From a virus (Duplodnaviria; Caudoviricetes): 34,563 nt of DNA. The notes beneath the pieces were generated by a model. The model saw only the letters and a program-made list of their open reading frames with translations, was not told where the DNA came from and did not search any database. A program made the translations under genes and the position numbers. The stretch lies in the IMG/VR virus record IMGVR_UViG_3300020369_000012, positions 1 through 34,563 of that record. One strand, written 5' to 3'. Below are positions 34,219 to 34,563 of the stretch, one piece after another; position 1 is the stretch's first letter, and every line of letters starts with the position of its first letter.

Positions 34219-34563
34219 GACGCGGCCGCAAGCGGAAGCACAACCCGCTCATTCCCAAGCACATCGATCAGAGCGCCCTGCCAAAGGACGTCTACTTTGA
34301 TCACCGTGGAGAGGGCCGCTGGTACCGGCTGGCCTTCAACGAGGCGGGCCGACGCACCCGCCAGAACCTGTGCAGCGCCAAGGTCACCCTGGCCGAGCTG
34401 CACAAGTTGATCGAGGAACTGGACGGCCACGACACCGCCAGCCTTGATTACCTGTTCGAGCAGTTCCACGCCAGCCCGCAGCTAAAGCGTCTGTCCCTCA
34501 AGACGCAGGAAGACTACGCCTACTGCCGCGAGATCCTGTCCAACCTGCCAACCAAGCTGGATA
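34215..34563 (+). CDS. int: Tyrosine integrase, N-terminal part (truncated by window edge)
   Basis: MRRGRKRKHNPLIPKHIDQSALP..LSLKTQEDYAYC, phiCTX-like integrase N-terminus; coupled to xis. Confidence 0.85.
   Translation, partial: MRRGRKRKHNPLIPKHIDQSALPKDVYFDHRGEGRWYRLAFNEAGRRTRQNLCSAKVTLAELHKLIEELDGHDTASLDYLFEQFHASPQLKRLSLKTQEDYAYCREILSNLPTKLD

Larger units (their letters stand above)
113..34563. mobile_element. Temperate siphovirus-like prophage (HK97-type head), runs off the right edge within the integrase
   Basis: att at tRNA, full lysis/tail/head/packaging/replication/immunity modules, xis and int. Confidence 0.95.

Overview
Almost the whole window (113 to the right edge) is one apparently intact temperate, HK97-head, long-tailed prophage of a Pseudomonadaceae-like host. 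It is integrated at a tRNA-Thr(TGT): the 3' half is at 113-158, and xis plus a truncated integrase lie at the right edge. Order from left: att; cargo (43-aa peptide, ImmA/IrrE peptidase, XRE regulator, 5'-truncated acrIF11-like gene); lysis; tail; head and packaging; holin; late control and putative origin; primase-helicase; TraR/CII/Cro/CI switch; BRCT cargo gene; early operon (antirepressor, PrtN-like, HD hydrolase, C5 DNA methyltransferase); xis; int. The most unusual signal is non-coding. A ~310-nt array of about ten hairpins lies between cro and cII, and six carry a (C/U)U(G/U)UGGUG(G)-type seed. It begins exactly at the predicted start of a PRE-like promoter. Three early-operon translation starts carry the complementary architecture: a perfect hairpin with a CCACCAC loop plus a second CACCACAG at the RBS or start codon. 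This suggests a multivalent antisense-RNA (or nut-like) control system. All family assignments are by recognition of motifs and synteny, not by database search.
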